Of a stretch of DNA of 32,720 nucleotides, positions 10,724 through 19,486 are shown in pieces. Below the pieces are notes generated by a model. The model worked only from the letters and a program-made list of their open reading frames with translations, ran no database searches and had not been told where the DNA came from. The position numbers and the translations under genes are program-made. This DNA is from a virus (lineage: Duplodnaviria; Caudoviricetes): IMG/VR virus record IMGVR_UViG_3300032280_000323, positions 1 through 32,720 of that record; one strand, given 5' to 3'. The first letter of the stretch is position 1, and each line of letters opens with the position of its first letter.

Positions 10724-11932
10724 TTACTTACTTAAGAAATTATTAGATGATAACATATCCCTTAATTTGGACTTAATTACATCAAATTCAAATCTATTAG
10801 ACGGGCCCTGAAATGTTGGGCCTACCGGTGTTGCATATATTTGTCTGTTTATTGCATCGATTAGTTCTCCCATTAATTTTATCAACTCACCACCCAATAC
10901 CATTTTTTGAACATCTGCACCCGCATCTCCTGCACCAGTATTCTTACCTAAAAATATCTTACCATTTTCTGAATTAAGAAATATTTGATTAGCTCCTTCG
11001 GAATGTATTGTTATATTTTGTTTATTATGTATATAAACTTCTTTTTCAGCATCTATTGAATAATTACCATCAGTTATTACACCAGTATTTCCTTTTCCGA
11101 ATATAATAAACTCAGATGCTTTTGCAGAAAGGATTACTCTATCGGAATTTACGAACAATTGATTACCTGTTAGTTTTTCCGAATTAGGATATTCTTTGAA
11201 AGCTACTTTTGTTTTGTTTATAGTTTCTTTAAATGGTACTTTAACTTTGTTAGATGTAAAATATACGGATGTTCCATCTTTGTTTATATCTTCGTCTACT
11301 AAAATTCCAATTTGTTTTGAATCTAATTCCGGATTTTGTTTATTTCTAATGAATATCGATGGTGATGACGTTTTGCCATCCTCTGTTAAATGAAATTCTG
11401 AAAATCTTATAGTATTTCCAACCCTGCCACTTAAAATGGTGTCACCCTGTTTTGGGTTTATGAATTTAATTTTTTCGTTTATTTCATAACCTATGTTAGA
11501 CTTTTTATTTTCATTATTAGTTGTACCACCCGTTTTTGAAGTGTTAGATAACGATTGTCCGGATTTGGAAGCTCCTTGTGTATCAACCGGTCTAGTTGCT
11601 ACATAAGTTACTTCATCTCTTCTATAATTTGAATATGGTGTATTGGTATATGGTAACCAAAATGTCTGATTAAACATTTTAAATATAACAACCGTTTCAC
11701 CCTTTATTGGAAATGTGAAATTGTTTTTGTCAAATGGAAATGCATAATCTTCAACTTCAAAAGTATCTTCAAATTCATAAGTTATTGCACCATACATTCT
11801 AGCATCTAAATCCGAAAACTTTTCATTTTCATTATATATAGAAACTACATCGTCTTTATCTTTTTTAAAAAATGCAGAATTCGTAGGATAAACATTATTA
11901 ACAATGGCCAAAAATGATGTAATTTCGTTCAT
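10724..11932 (-). CDS. Baseplate hub/central spike protein (gp5/VgrG-like, no lysozyme domain evident)
   Basis: N-terminal OB-fold-like FPIKGETVVIF, then GDTILSGRVGNTIRF and beta-helix-like repeats (SDRVILSAK, SIDAEKEVYIH), ending in a TPVGPT tip. It lies upstream of the gp25- and gp6-like genes. Confidence 0.65.
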   Translation of the reverse strand: MNEITSFLAIVNNVYPTNSAFFKKDKDDVVSIYNENEKFSDLDARMYGAITYEFEDTFEVEDYAFPFDKNNFTFPIKGETVVIFKMFNQTFWLPYTNTPYSNYRRDEVTYVATRPVDTQGASKSGQSLSNTSKTGGTTNNENKKSNIGYEINEKIKFINPKQGDTILSGRVGNTIRFSEFHLTEDGKTSSPSIFIRNKQNPELDSKQIGILVDEDINKDGTSVYFTSNKVKVPFKETINKTKVAFKEYPNSEKLTGNQLFVNSDRVILSAKASEFIIFGKGNTGVITDGNYSIDAEKEVYIHNKQNITIHSEGANQIFLNSENGKIFLGKNTGAGDAGADVQKMVLGGELIKLMGELIDAINRQIYATPVGPTFQGPSNRFEFDVIKSKLRDMLSSNNFLSK

Positions 11933-12336
11933 TATAATTTAGTTTTAATTTCTTCAATTTCAATTTGAATATCCGTTAATTTCTCTTTATTTTTTTCTTC
12001 TACTTGATTTATAGTATCTTCCATATCTGCCAGTAATTGAGCTTTCTCATTTTCACTTAACCAACCATCTTCACCAATACCCTTTGCTTCCGCAGCTGCC
12101 AATCTTTGAGCAATAGTTGCAAGTTTAATTAAGTGGTCATCGTTTTTAACCGATACCTCAATTAAATCTTTTATGATAGGTGCAATAACAGTTGCTTCTC
12201 CTACATTACGAATAAGTTTTCTTAGGGATTCAATCAACTCAGAAATGTTTTTCTTTTTGTTTTGTTGATTTTCGTATATATCTTTAAATAATGACGATAA
12301 GTTTTTACCATCAAATAATTGAAATTCTGTTGCCAT
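11932..12336 (-). CDS. Conserved-looking helical hypothetical phage protein
   Basis: 134-aa alpha-helical ORF coupled to the spike gene. Confidence 0.6.
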   Translation of the reverse strand: MATEFQLFDGKNLSSLFKDIYENQQNKKKNISELIESLRKLIRNVGEATVIAPIIKDLIEVSVKNDDHLIKLATIAQRLAAAEAKGIGEDGWLSENEKAQLLADMEDTINQVEEKNKEKLTDIQIEIEEIKTKL

Positions 12337-12359
12337 TTTGTTTGTTTATATACTAATAA

Positions 12360-14057
12360 TTATTTACTTATTAAAAACTTCCCCAAAACTAAATAATCCA
12401 TATCACAATTAAGGAATGTCCAAATTGCTTTTTGTGGGTCATTTGTCATTGTGTGGTCTTTTAAGTTAAATGATGTATTCAATAGAATAGGTGTTCCTGT
12501 TAGTTTTTCGAACTCCTTTAATAAGTCATAGTAAAGTGGGTTATCTTCTCTTTTAAGCGTCTGTATTCTTGCAGAATTGTCAATATGGGTTACTGACGGA
12601 ATGTTTACATCCTTTTTAACTTGGACTACTTGATTCATATATGGAACATCTTCTTCTGATAGAAAATACGTTTGATAATCTTCTATTGTAACCGATGGAG
12701 CAAATGGTCTAAACATTTCTCTCTTTTTGACAACCTTATTAATTCTATCTCTAACATCTTCCAAATGTGGATTGGCTAATATAGAACGATTACCCAATGC
12801 TCTTGCACCAAATTCAGTTCTACCTTGAAACCAACCTATAATGTTACCTTCATTAATTAACTTTGCAACCGATTTACACAACATCTCATTGCTATCGAAC
12901 ATTTCAACTTTACTTCTATTATTTTGTAATATAATTTTAAGTAATTCAGGACTACTCCACTCCTCACCTAAATATGGAGATTGATTATCGCCACCTTTTA
13001 CTTTTGGATTTCCCATTACAATATGATGTTGATATAAACATGCACCAATTGCAGAACCACTATCTGATGGTGCAAATGGAATCCAAACATTTTTGATATT
13101 TGTATGTTTTTTAATTTTACCATTTGCAGTTCCATTATATGCACATCCACCCCCTAATACTAAATTTTCACATTCCCAAATATTAGTAATTCTATTGATA
13201 ATAAAATATAATGCACTTTCATACCACTTTTGTAATGAGGCAGCTAGGTCTTTATGATGTTGTTCAATTGGTTCATCTTTAAATCTAGGTGGAAATCCAA
13301 TTAAATCAATAAGTTTTTCATTAAACATATCATTATCCGATGTATGCCATGTAAAGTAAGACATGTCCATCTTTACGATGTCAATTTCACCACCGGTAGT
13401 AATAACTTTATCAAATATGTTATTATATTTTTCATTATCACCATATGGAGCCAATCCCATTACTTTATACTCACCTTCGTTTGGTTTAAATCCTAAATAA
13501 GCAGTAAATGCAGAATATATCAATCCTAATGAATGTGGGAAATGTAATGTTTGTATTTTATGAAATCCTTTCTCATCACACATTGTGGCATATACCGAAT
13601 GTCTTTCACCAACTCCATCAATTGACAAACCTATTGTTGTATCAAATGGTGATGTATAATATGAAAGTGCTAAATGTGATAAATGGTGTTGTGTATAGGT
13701 AACGATTCCTTCATATCCAATGGATTTCAATATTTTTTTTAAATTACCTTCGGTTTCATTCCATCTTTTATTAAACTTTCTCCACTTCATTGGGTATCTT
13801 AAACCACCCCACTTTCCTATTGTTTCTTTAACTCTTTCATACTTATCATTTGGGTTTTCATACCAACAAATCATATCAATTTCATCAATTGTTATTTTTG
13901 TATATTCCAAGCACCATTGAATTGCTTTAAATGGAAAAGAACTATCGTGTTTAATTCCTGATAGTTTCTCTTCTTCAATTGCACATATAATTTTACCATC
14001 CACTAATAGTGCTGCAGCTGAATCGTGATAAAATGCAGATAAACCTAATTGTATCAT
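12360..14057 (-). CDS. O-carbamoyltransferase, NodU/CmcH/TobZ family
   Basis: Motifs YHDSAA, EEEK, HHLSH, IDGVGE, EYKVMGLAPYG, GGCAYN, EFGARALGNRS, FRPFAP, HIDNSARIQT and LLNTSFN, giving the Kae1-like plus YrdC-like domain pair. Confidence 0.95.
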   Translation of the reverse strand: MIQLGLSAFYHDSAAALLVDGKIICAIEEEKLSGIKHDSSFPFKAIQWCLEYTKITIDEIDMICWYENPNDKYERVKETIGKWGGLRYPMKWRKFNKRWNETEGNLKKILKSIGYEGIVTYTQHHLSHLALSYYTSPFDTTIGLSIDGVGERHSVYATMCDEKGFHKIQTLHFPHSLGLIYSAFTAYLGFKPNEGEYKVMGLAPYGDNEKYNNIFDKVITTGGEIDIVKMDMSYFTWHTSDNDMFNEKLIDLIGFPPRFKDEPIEQHHKDLAASLQKWYESALYFIINRITNIWECENLVLGGGCAYNGTANGKIKKHTNIKNVWIPFAPSDSGSAIGACLYQHHIVMGNPKVKGGDNQSPYLGEEWSSPELLKIILQNNRSKVEMFDSNEMLCKSVAKLINEGNIIGWFQGRTEFGARALGNRSILANPHLEDVRDRINKVVKKREMFRPFAPSVTIEDYQTYFLSEEDVPYMNQVVQVKKDVNIPSVTHIDNSARIQTLKREDNPLYYDLLKEFEKLTGTPILLNTSFNLKDHTMTNDPQKAIWTFLNCDMDYLVLGKFLISK

Positions 14058-14059
14058 AC

Positions 14060-14758
14060 TTAAATTTTTATATCACCATATTTGTCAAATTCATTATATA
14101 ATTCCATTTGTCTTTCTTTCATTTTGTTGACAACTTTGGTTATATAATGAGTAGGGTGACCTGTCATTTCTCTAATAAGTAAATACAATGATTTTTTATT
14201 AAAGTTTTCTATATAATTTGCTCTTCTAAATAATTCTAATACTGAGTCTGCTATTTGCATATCTCTTTTCTTTGGAAAGTAATTTTCTAAATGTTTATCC
14301 CAATATTGTAACATTCTAATATTAAATGTTCTATGTTCATCGTTTCTTTCTTCTTCTCTAAAATTATTTTCAGTATCAAATGATTCAGGTAGACCTGACA
14401 TTACATCGGTATCTTTATATCGTTTGTAATTGGCATTATTATTTAAAATAAGATAGTTTCTTGCAACAATAGTAAAGTATGAGAAGGCCTTCCCCTTTCC
14501 TGATTTATACATGTGTATTTTTTCAATCATAAACGCAACCACTTCCGACATTACATCTTTTGGGTCATCATCAAAATAAGTAAATTTCCATTTATTATAA
14601 ACTATCTCTGCAAGTTTGTCAAACGCAGATGCAATTCTTTCTCTATACAATTTATCTTTAATATACTGTTCATTAGTTAAATTATACTCAATGATTGCAT
14701 CTTCGGTATCTTTTGTAAAGTATTGACGATTCGGGCCTCTTTTTTTTCTAATTGGCAT
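14060..14758 (-). CDS. Phage late-transcription sigma factor (T4 gp55-like)
   Basis: Sigma region-2-like KGKAFSYFTIVARNYLI and an N-terminal YFTKDTEDAI. The likely start is MPIRKK at 14758; the track's longer start overlaps the upstream gene. Confidence 0.7.
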   Translation of the reverse strand: MPIRKKRGPNRQYFTKDTEDAIIEYNLTNEQYIKDKLYRERIASAFDKLAEIVYNKWKFTYFDDDPKDVMSEVVAFMIEKIHMYKSGKGKAFSYFTIVARNYLILNNNANYKRYKDTDVMSGLPESFDTENNFREEERNDEHRTFNIRMLQYWDKHLENYFPKKRDMQIADSVLELFRRANYIENFNKKSLYLLIREMTGHPTHYITKVVNKMKERQMELYNEFDKYGDIKI

Positions 14759-15023
14759 TTTGTTGTGTTTTGAATTTTTCGATAGTTTCTTTAATTTGAT
14801 AAAATATAGAACCCACTTCATCATCCTTCTCAAACATTTCACGACTATCTATTAGTCGTAATGCTTCCAGTAATGCTTCGTTTCTTTCCAATTCCGTTTG
14901 TAAAAAAATATCATTTTCTTCAATGATATCTTCGTATTTTTCTAATTTATTTAAAAGATTATAAATTGCAAATGATAATGCAACTACTAATATTGATAAT
15001 ATTGAGATTATTGTGTATAACAT
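14748..15023 (-). CDS. Small single-pass membrane protein
   Basis: N-terminal hydrophobic helix (aa 2-23) followed by an acidic coiled coil. Confidence 0.65.
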   Translation of the reverse strand: MLYTIISILSILVVALSFAIYNLLNKLEKYEDIIEENDIFLQTELERNEALLEALRLIDSREMFEKDDEVGSIFYQIKETIEKFKTQQNAN

Positions 15024-15025
15024 AA

Positions 15026-15661
15026 TTAAACGATTTCGTATCCTTTTAAAAAATATTTGTTTGCATTTTTGAATTTAATTTCAACCATTTCACCTTCTTT
15101 CGATTTCATTACAATTTTATCGTTTCTACCATATGTTTGTCTTTTGACAACTTGTGTATTATAAACTCTATCTTTAATTGTAAATCCGTCTAAATGGTCA
15201 ATTTCATGTTGAACGATTACCGTCATCATAGTTTCTTTTGAAATTGATTCATTTTGTTTATCTCCATCAGGATTAATTTCAAATGTTAACTCACCTAAGT
15301 TATCGGTATCTACAACAATTTTACAAGCTCTAATAGTTCTAACAGGTTTTTCAACAGTTGATGGGATTGATAAACATCCTTCAAAGAATAAAAAACCTTC
15401 TTTTGATTTTTCTTTAATTATTGGATTTACTAAAAATAATTCTTCGTCACCAAACTGAATTAAACAAACTCTTTTCTTAATTCCAATTTGTGTTGCAGAG
15501 ATTCCTAATCCCGGGTGTTTTACTAAAGCTTCACTTAATTGTAATCTTAATTCATCAGATTCTTGTTGCGTTATTTCTGATTTTAATACAGGAGTTTTAA
15601 GATACTCCGTAAACTCTTTTGTTGTTAGTCCATTAGAACCTTTGTCAACTATTAATTTCAT
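15026..15661 (-). CDS. def: Peptide deformylase
   Basis: All three PDF motifs are present: GLGISATQIG, EGCLS and QHEIDHLDG. Confidence 0.96.
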   Translation of the reverse strand: MKLIVDKGSNGLTTKEFTEYLKTPVLKSEITQQESDELRLQLSEALVKHPGLGISATQIGIKKRVCLIQFGDEELFLVNPIIKEKSKEGFLFFEGCLSIPSTVEKPVRTIRACKIVVDTDNLGELTFEINPDGDKQNESISKETMMTVIVQHEIDHLDGFTIKDRVYNTQVVKRQTYGRNDKIVMKSKEGEMVEIKFKNANKYFLKGYEIV

Positions 15662-15664
15662 ATT

Positions 15665-15874
15665 TTATTTTTTTAATCCGTATTTTATCCATTTATACCA
15701 AATTCTTTCGTGAATATAGTATTGTATGGGTTTATAAACCAATTCTGCTACTCCAAATGCTGCTCCAACTTTAATTGAACCACTTATCAACCACATTAAT
15801 AAGAAACCAATTAAGGTACTTAAAATACGATATGATATGGTTTTTGCAATGTGTCTCTTACGTTCTACTATCAT
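15665..15874 (-). CDS. DUF2061-like small membrane protein
   Basis: RHIAKTISYRILST...YYIHERIW pattern characteristic of DUF2061. Confidence 0.8.
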   Translation of the reverse strand: MIVERKRHIAKTISYRILSTLIGFLLMWLISGSIKVGAAFGVAELVYKPIQYYIHERIWYKWIKYGLKK

Positions 15875-16479
15875 AATAATGAATTAGTTTTTTTCATATA
15901 TTTTTTATTCCTATTCAAAATAGTAAGATTAGATGCGTAGACAACTCGTTTATTTGTTGATTTTTTATTCAATTCAGGTTGATGTAGTATGTCAGCTGGG
16001 AACATTATTATTTGGTTTTCCATAGGTAAAAAGGAAACTTCTACATCATTTTTTGTTTTAAAAGATATATGACCATCCTTACCTTCTAAATTATTGGGCA
16101 TTTGAACATAATAAATAATACTCCATTGAGGAGGTTCTTTAAGGTACATTAGATTTCCTTTACTTATGTGATTGTGAAAATTAGTTCGGTCATTTTTATT
16201 GTCACTAATAAAAACCCAATCATCTTGTGAAATTAAATAATTTTCATCTAATTTAAAATGTAATAAAACTTTTTTTAATATTTCATTTCGTATATCTATA
16301 ATATTTTTTGAAGTTACTTCAATTCTGGATTGTATTCCTGGTGAATTTATCTTATTTGTTGTAAGTTTAGAAACATCACAATTATATTCCAAATCTTTAA
16401 CCAACATTGAATTATCAATATTTGTAATAGTTGACGTAAAAATTGTCAAATCTTCATTAAGTTTTAATTCTTCAAACAT
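15871..16479 (-). CDS. 2OG-Fe(II) oxygenase (HxH type)
   Basis: HNH...YYVQMP...FPADILHQP...KRVV; paralogue of 21172-21855. Confidence 0.8.
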   Translation of the reverse strand: MFEELKLNEDLTIFTSTITNIDNSMLVKDLEYNCDVSKLTTNKINSPGIQSRIEVTSKNIIDIRNEILKKVLLHFKLDENYLISQDDWVFISDNKNDRTNFHNHISKGNLMYLKEPPQWSIIYYVQMPNNLEGKDGHISFKTKNDVEVSFLPMENQIIMFPADILHQPELNKKSTNKRVVYASNLTILNRNKKYMKKTNSLL

Positions 16480-16481
16480 AA

Positions 16482-16862
16482 TTATTCTTTATTCATTTTA
16501 TAAATTATTTCATCTCCGTTGGAGTCAATATATTTTTGTCTAATTGCCGTTCCACTAATTTTTTCGATTTCTTTTGGTGGTTCGTGATAAATTACATCAT
16601 AACCAACTCCTCTACCATAATTTACACTCTCAATATCTGGAATTATTGATAATAAAATTTTATCCCAATTGTTTGTAAAAAATGGTTCTTTTTGTAATTC
16701 TTGTAATACTTCTTGTGCTGATTTAGGATTATTTTCATCCTTTTGTACATCTCTAATAGCAACCCAACAATTATTCCCTTTTTCCAATTGTTGATTGATT
16801 AACCACTCATGTCCTTTGTGCCAAGTTTGCCATCTTCCGATGAATAATGCATATTTTTTCAT
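16482..16862 (-). CDS. Minimal HIGH-superfamily nucleotidyltransferase (cytidylyltransferase-like)
   Basis: FIGRWQTWHKGH (HxGH motif) and C-terminal ISGTAIR (KMSKS-equivalent). Confidence 0.85.
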   Translation of the reverse strand: MKKYALFIGRWQTWHKGHEWLINQQLEKGNNCWVAIRDVQKDENNPKSAQEVLQELQKEPFFTNNWDKILLSIIPDIESVNYGRGVGYDVIYHEPPKEIEKISGTAIRQKYIDSNGDEIIYKMNKE

Positions 16863-16881
16863 AAATTATAATTTCGTATTT

Positions 16882-16913
16882 CTAATATACGAAAATAATT
16901 CTAATTTACCAAA
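16882..16913 (-). promoter_or_regulatory. Bacteroidota-type sigma-A (early) promoter
   Basis: Minus strand reads TTTG-N20-TATATTAG; the Bacteroides consensus is TTTG-N19-21-TAnnTTTG. A near-identical copy lies at 19425-19456. Confidence 0.65.
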
Positions 16914-16915
16914 TA

Positions 16916-18028
16916 TTAATAAGTTTTAATATTTTCATTTTCACTTCTTAGTCTAGATAACTCTCTAACATTGCCACCCTTAGTTGATAACCAATAATTA
17001 ACTGCCTTTGGGTTATTTATCCATAAATTTCTTTTATTCCAAGGAAATTCTGGATGCATATATTCTTCCCATTTTAAATCTGGGAGATTTTCTTCTACAT
17101 TTTCAGAAGTAGGTGTATCATCAACCACAATATTAGTAGATTCAACATTTGTATTTTCTTTTTTCTCGTTAATCTCATTTTTTTCAGTTTCGTTAACAAT
17201 ATTTTCCTCTATAATTTCCTTTTTATCACCATATACCTGATAATTCTTATAGTTTTCCTCCATTAGCTCATCTAAATCTTTAAAATCCGGCTTTTTTTCC
17301 TTTTTTTTACCAATTAATCCGTTAAATGCGATAATTAGAGCAACTGCCAATGGGTCAAACACTATTACAATCAAAAATATGAAGAATTTTACAACATTTT
17401 TCAATTCCATACCAAATGCTTCGGCAATAAAACGAAATCCACCTACTTCTTTCTCCAAATCTAAGTTTGAAGTCTTAATTTCGTTGATTTTTTCGTTATT
17501 TTTAGCATTTTCCGTTTGTAAAACCTCTATTTTTTTGTTAATTTGAGCACTTTGTCTATCTTTTTGGTCAATTGAACGTAAAAGACGAGAATTTACCTTA
17601 CCTTTGTCTAAAATTGTGTTTTGTGTTGAGGATAATTGTCCTAATTGAGTGTTTAATTGGGTAATTTGTGCAGTATTTTGGTCAATCTTTGTAGTATAGA
17701 CTAAAACCTCTCTATCTACCTGTTGCAATTTTAAGGACTGAGATTGGAATGCATTGGAAAGATATCCAAATATACCCGCAGAGGTGATTAACATCAATAA
17801 TGCAACGGCAGAGGTCAAATACCACTTATTAAATCCTTTTATGTTTTCCCACTCTTGTTTTAGGTAAGTTGCAGCAACTAATTTTGCAAACTCTAATGCA
17901 CCGGCCATTACCATAACCGATACGGCTGCTCCACTAAATAGAACGCCCAAACCTGTTACTGAGAAGTAAGCTGCACATCCGGCAATAATTAGTGCAGAAA
18001 ATCCGACTAAATATTTAAGCCAATTCAT
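16916..18028 (-). CDS. Multi-pass membrane protein with a coiled coil
   Basis: Three N-terminal TM helices, a long coiled coil, then a fourth TM (FIFLIVIVFDPLAVALIIAF) and an acidic tail. Confidence 0.75.
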   Translation of the reverse strand: MNWLKYLVGFSALIIAGCAAYFSVTGLGVLFSGAAVSVMVMAGALEFAKLVAATYLKQEWENIKGFNKWYLTSAVALLMLITSAGIFGYLSNAFQSQSLKLQQVDREVLVYTTKIDQNTAQITQLNTQLGQLSSTQNTILDKGKVNSRLLRSIDQKDRQSAQINKKIEVLQTENAKNNEKINEIKTSNLDLEKEVGGFRFIAEAFGMELKNVVKFFIFLIVIVFDPLAVALIIAFNGLIGKKKEKKPDFKDLDELMEENYKNYQVYGDKKEIIEENIVNETEKNEINEKKENTNVESTNIVVDDTPTSENVEENLPDLKWEEYMHPEFPWNKRNLWINNPKAVNYWLSTKGGNVRELSRLRSENENIKTY

Positions 18029-18205
18029 TTATCTATTTATTCTTGTTAATTCGGAAATGCGCTCTACTACCTTTCTCGCATCTTCCAACGTAGTGTGTGC
18101 TTCTGATGGTGACATTGATTGTGCACCAGTAATTCCGTTTTGTAAAATCCTCAACTTTCCGTCTAAAGATTCTAATAACGTTTGTATTTTTTCGTTGTAT
18201 ATCAT
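18029..18205 (-). CDS. Small hypothetical protein (58 aa, below the ORF-track cutoff)
   Basis: MIYNEKIQTLLESLDGKLRILQNGITGAQSMSPSEAHTTLEDARKVVERISELTRINR; its stop abuts the next ATG (TAAATG). Confidence 0.7.
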   Translation of the reverse strand: MIYNEKIQTLLESLDGKLRILQNGITGAQSMSPSEAHTTLEDARKVVERISELTRINR

Positions 18206-18228
18206 AGTAATAAATATTTATTTATAAT

Positions 18229-18262
18229 AAAAAAGGTAGAAGTGTTTAATCTCCTACCTTTT
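18229..18262 (-). terminator. Rho-independent terminator after hsp20
   Basis: Minus strand AAAAGGTAGGAG-attaaacac-TTCTACCTTTTTT: a stem-loop followed by a U-tract. Confidence 0.75.
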
Positions 18263-18284
18263 CAATATACGAAAAATAACTGAA

Positions 18285-18671
18285 TTAACCTAATTTTGGG
18301 GTTAATTTTTTTGGTTTGGACTCTTCTTTTCTTTCAATAGTAATTAAGAGAATACCATTTTTAATTTCAGCTTTTGCCTTTCTGCCATCGAAGTTTTTAC
18401 CTACGTTAACTCTTTCTTCAATGTCTGAAATTAATTGATTGAAAGGATTTTCTTTGTCCTCTTGTCTTTTTTTAGCTTTGATTTCAATCTTGTCCTCAAA
18501 GCAGTTGATTTCAATATCATCAGGATTGTGTCCTAATACTGATAGTGCAATTGATGCAGATTCATCTTTAATGTCTACTGCAAATTTGTTTTGAACATAA
18601 GTTGTTCTTTCTTTTGGTTGTTCGATTGGAAAAAATTCATCGAATAATTTACTGTAATCAATCATGTACAT
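18285..18671 (-). CDS. Small heat-shock protein (Hsp20/alpha-crystallin family)
   Basis: VLGHNPDDIEI...IEIKA...AKAEIKNGILLITI...PKKL, the Hsp20 AxxxNGxL motif and C-terminal I/LxI-like motif. Confidence 0.88.
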   Translation of the reverse strand: MYMIDYSKLFDEFFPIEQPKERTTYVQNKFAVDIKDESASIALSVLGHNPDDIEINCFEDKIEIKAKKRQEDKENPFNQLISDIEERVNVGKNFDGRKAKAEIKNGILLITIERKEESKPKKLTPKLG

Positions 18672-18708
18672 AATATAAATGTTTTTAGTTAATAATATCT
18701 TATATAGT

Positions 18709-18748
18709 CCAAATAGTATACCAATGAACTATTTTTGACAAATTGTCA
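18709..18748 (-). promoter_or_regulatory. Putative heat-shock control region: TGACA-N3-TGTCA palindrome and a sigma54-like -24/-12 element
   Basis: Perfect TGACAaatTGTCA at 18736-18748. Minus strand TTGGTATACTATTTGG at 18709-18724 has GG-N10-GG where the consensus is GG-N10-GC. Confidence 0.4.
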
Positions 18749-19396
18749 TTACATTATGTTATCTTGTCTTTCAATGATTGTAGACATATGGTCTGCCCAA
18801 TGCATGATAAATTGTAACTTATAAACCAATTGTTTCTTTAAGTCATGACCTGCTAAATACTTTTGATTATCTTCGTCATACATACCATCGGTAAGTTTGA
18901 TTGCGAAATACTCTTTCTCATTATACTGAATACCATAGTGGTTTAATGTAAAGAAAGTTCTATCGGTTAAGGTCATATATGGAATATTCTCATTACGAAC
19001 AAATAAAGTTCCGTATTTCTTTTGAGACCATTCTTCTTGATTTGGTAAATAGTGTAGTTCACCTTTAACGCCCAATTTTCCTAAATCGTGATGTAGACAA
19101 CTAAATATCAATTCTTCTTCTGTAAAATCTATCTCTCCACCTTGCGATATGAACAGGTCTCTCATTTTAAGAGCGTTCTTACATACATTAAAGATGTGGT
19201 CTATGTACCCACCTATATATGCGTTATGATAGTGTTTTGAGCCAGATGCGGCGGATAGTGTAAGGTTAATACCCAATTCTTTTTCGGAATACATATGGAG
19301 TAATTTCTCCAATCTTTCTCCTTTAAAATATTTTTTGATTATTGCAATGAACTTATCATAGTTTTGCTTTAATTCTTGTTCTGTTTTTTGTTTCAT
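18749..19396 (-). CDS. HD-domain phosphohydrolase (YhaM-like HD domain)
   Basis: HYHNAYIGGYIDH...CLHHDLGKLG...HWAD. Confidence 0.88.
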   Translation of the reverse strand: MKQKTEQELKQNYDKFIAIIKKYFKGERLEKLLHMYSEKELGINLTLSAASGSKHYHNAYIGGYIDHIFNVCKNALKMRDLFISQGGEIDFTEEELIFSCLHHDLGKLGVKGELHYLPNQEEWSQKKYGTLFVRNENIPYMTLTDRTFFTLNHYGIQYNEKEYFAIKLTDGMYDEDNQKYLAGHDLKKQLVYKLQFIMHWADHMSTIIERQDNIM

Positions 19397-19424
19397 AATT
19401 TAGAGTTTAATTGTTTATAATACT

Positions 19425-19456
19425 CTAATATACGACAATTTTTTGATATTACCAAA
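19425..19456 (-). promoter_or_regulatory. Bacteroidota-type sigma-A (early) promoter
   Basis: Minus strand TTTG-N20-TATATTAG, 28 nt upstream of the HD gene start. Confidence 0.65.
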
Positions 19457-19486
19457 TTTATATTAAGCTATTTTTTGTTAAATTAC

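Noticed and set aside
14759-14842. N-terminal extension of the sigma factor ORF (MKCLRR...)
   Set aside because: It overlaps the upstream membrane-protein gene by 95 nt; the ATG at 14758 gives a normal short overlap.
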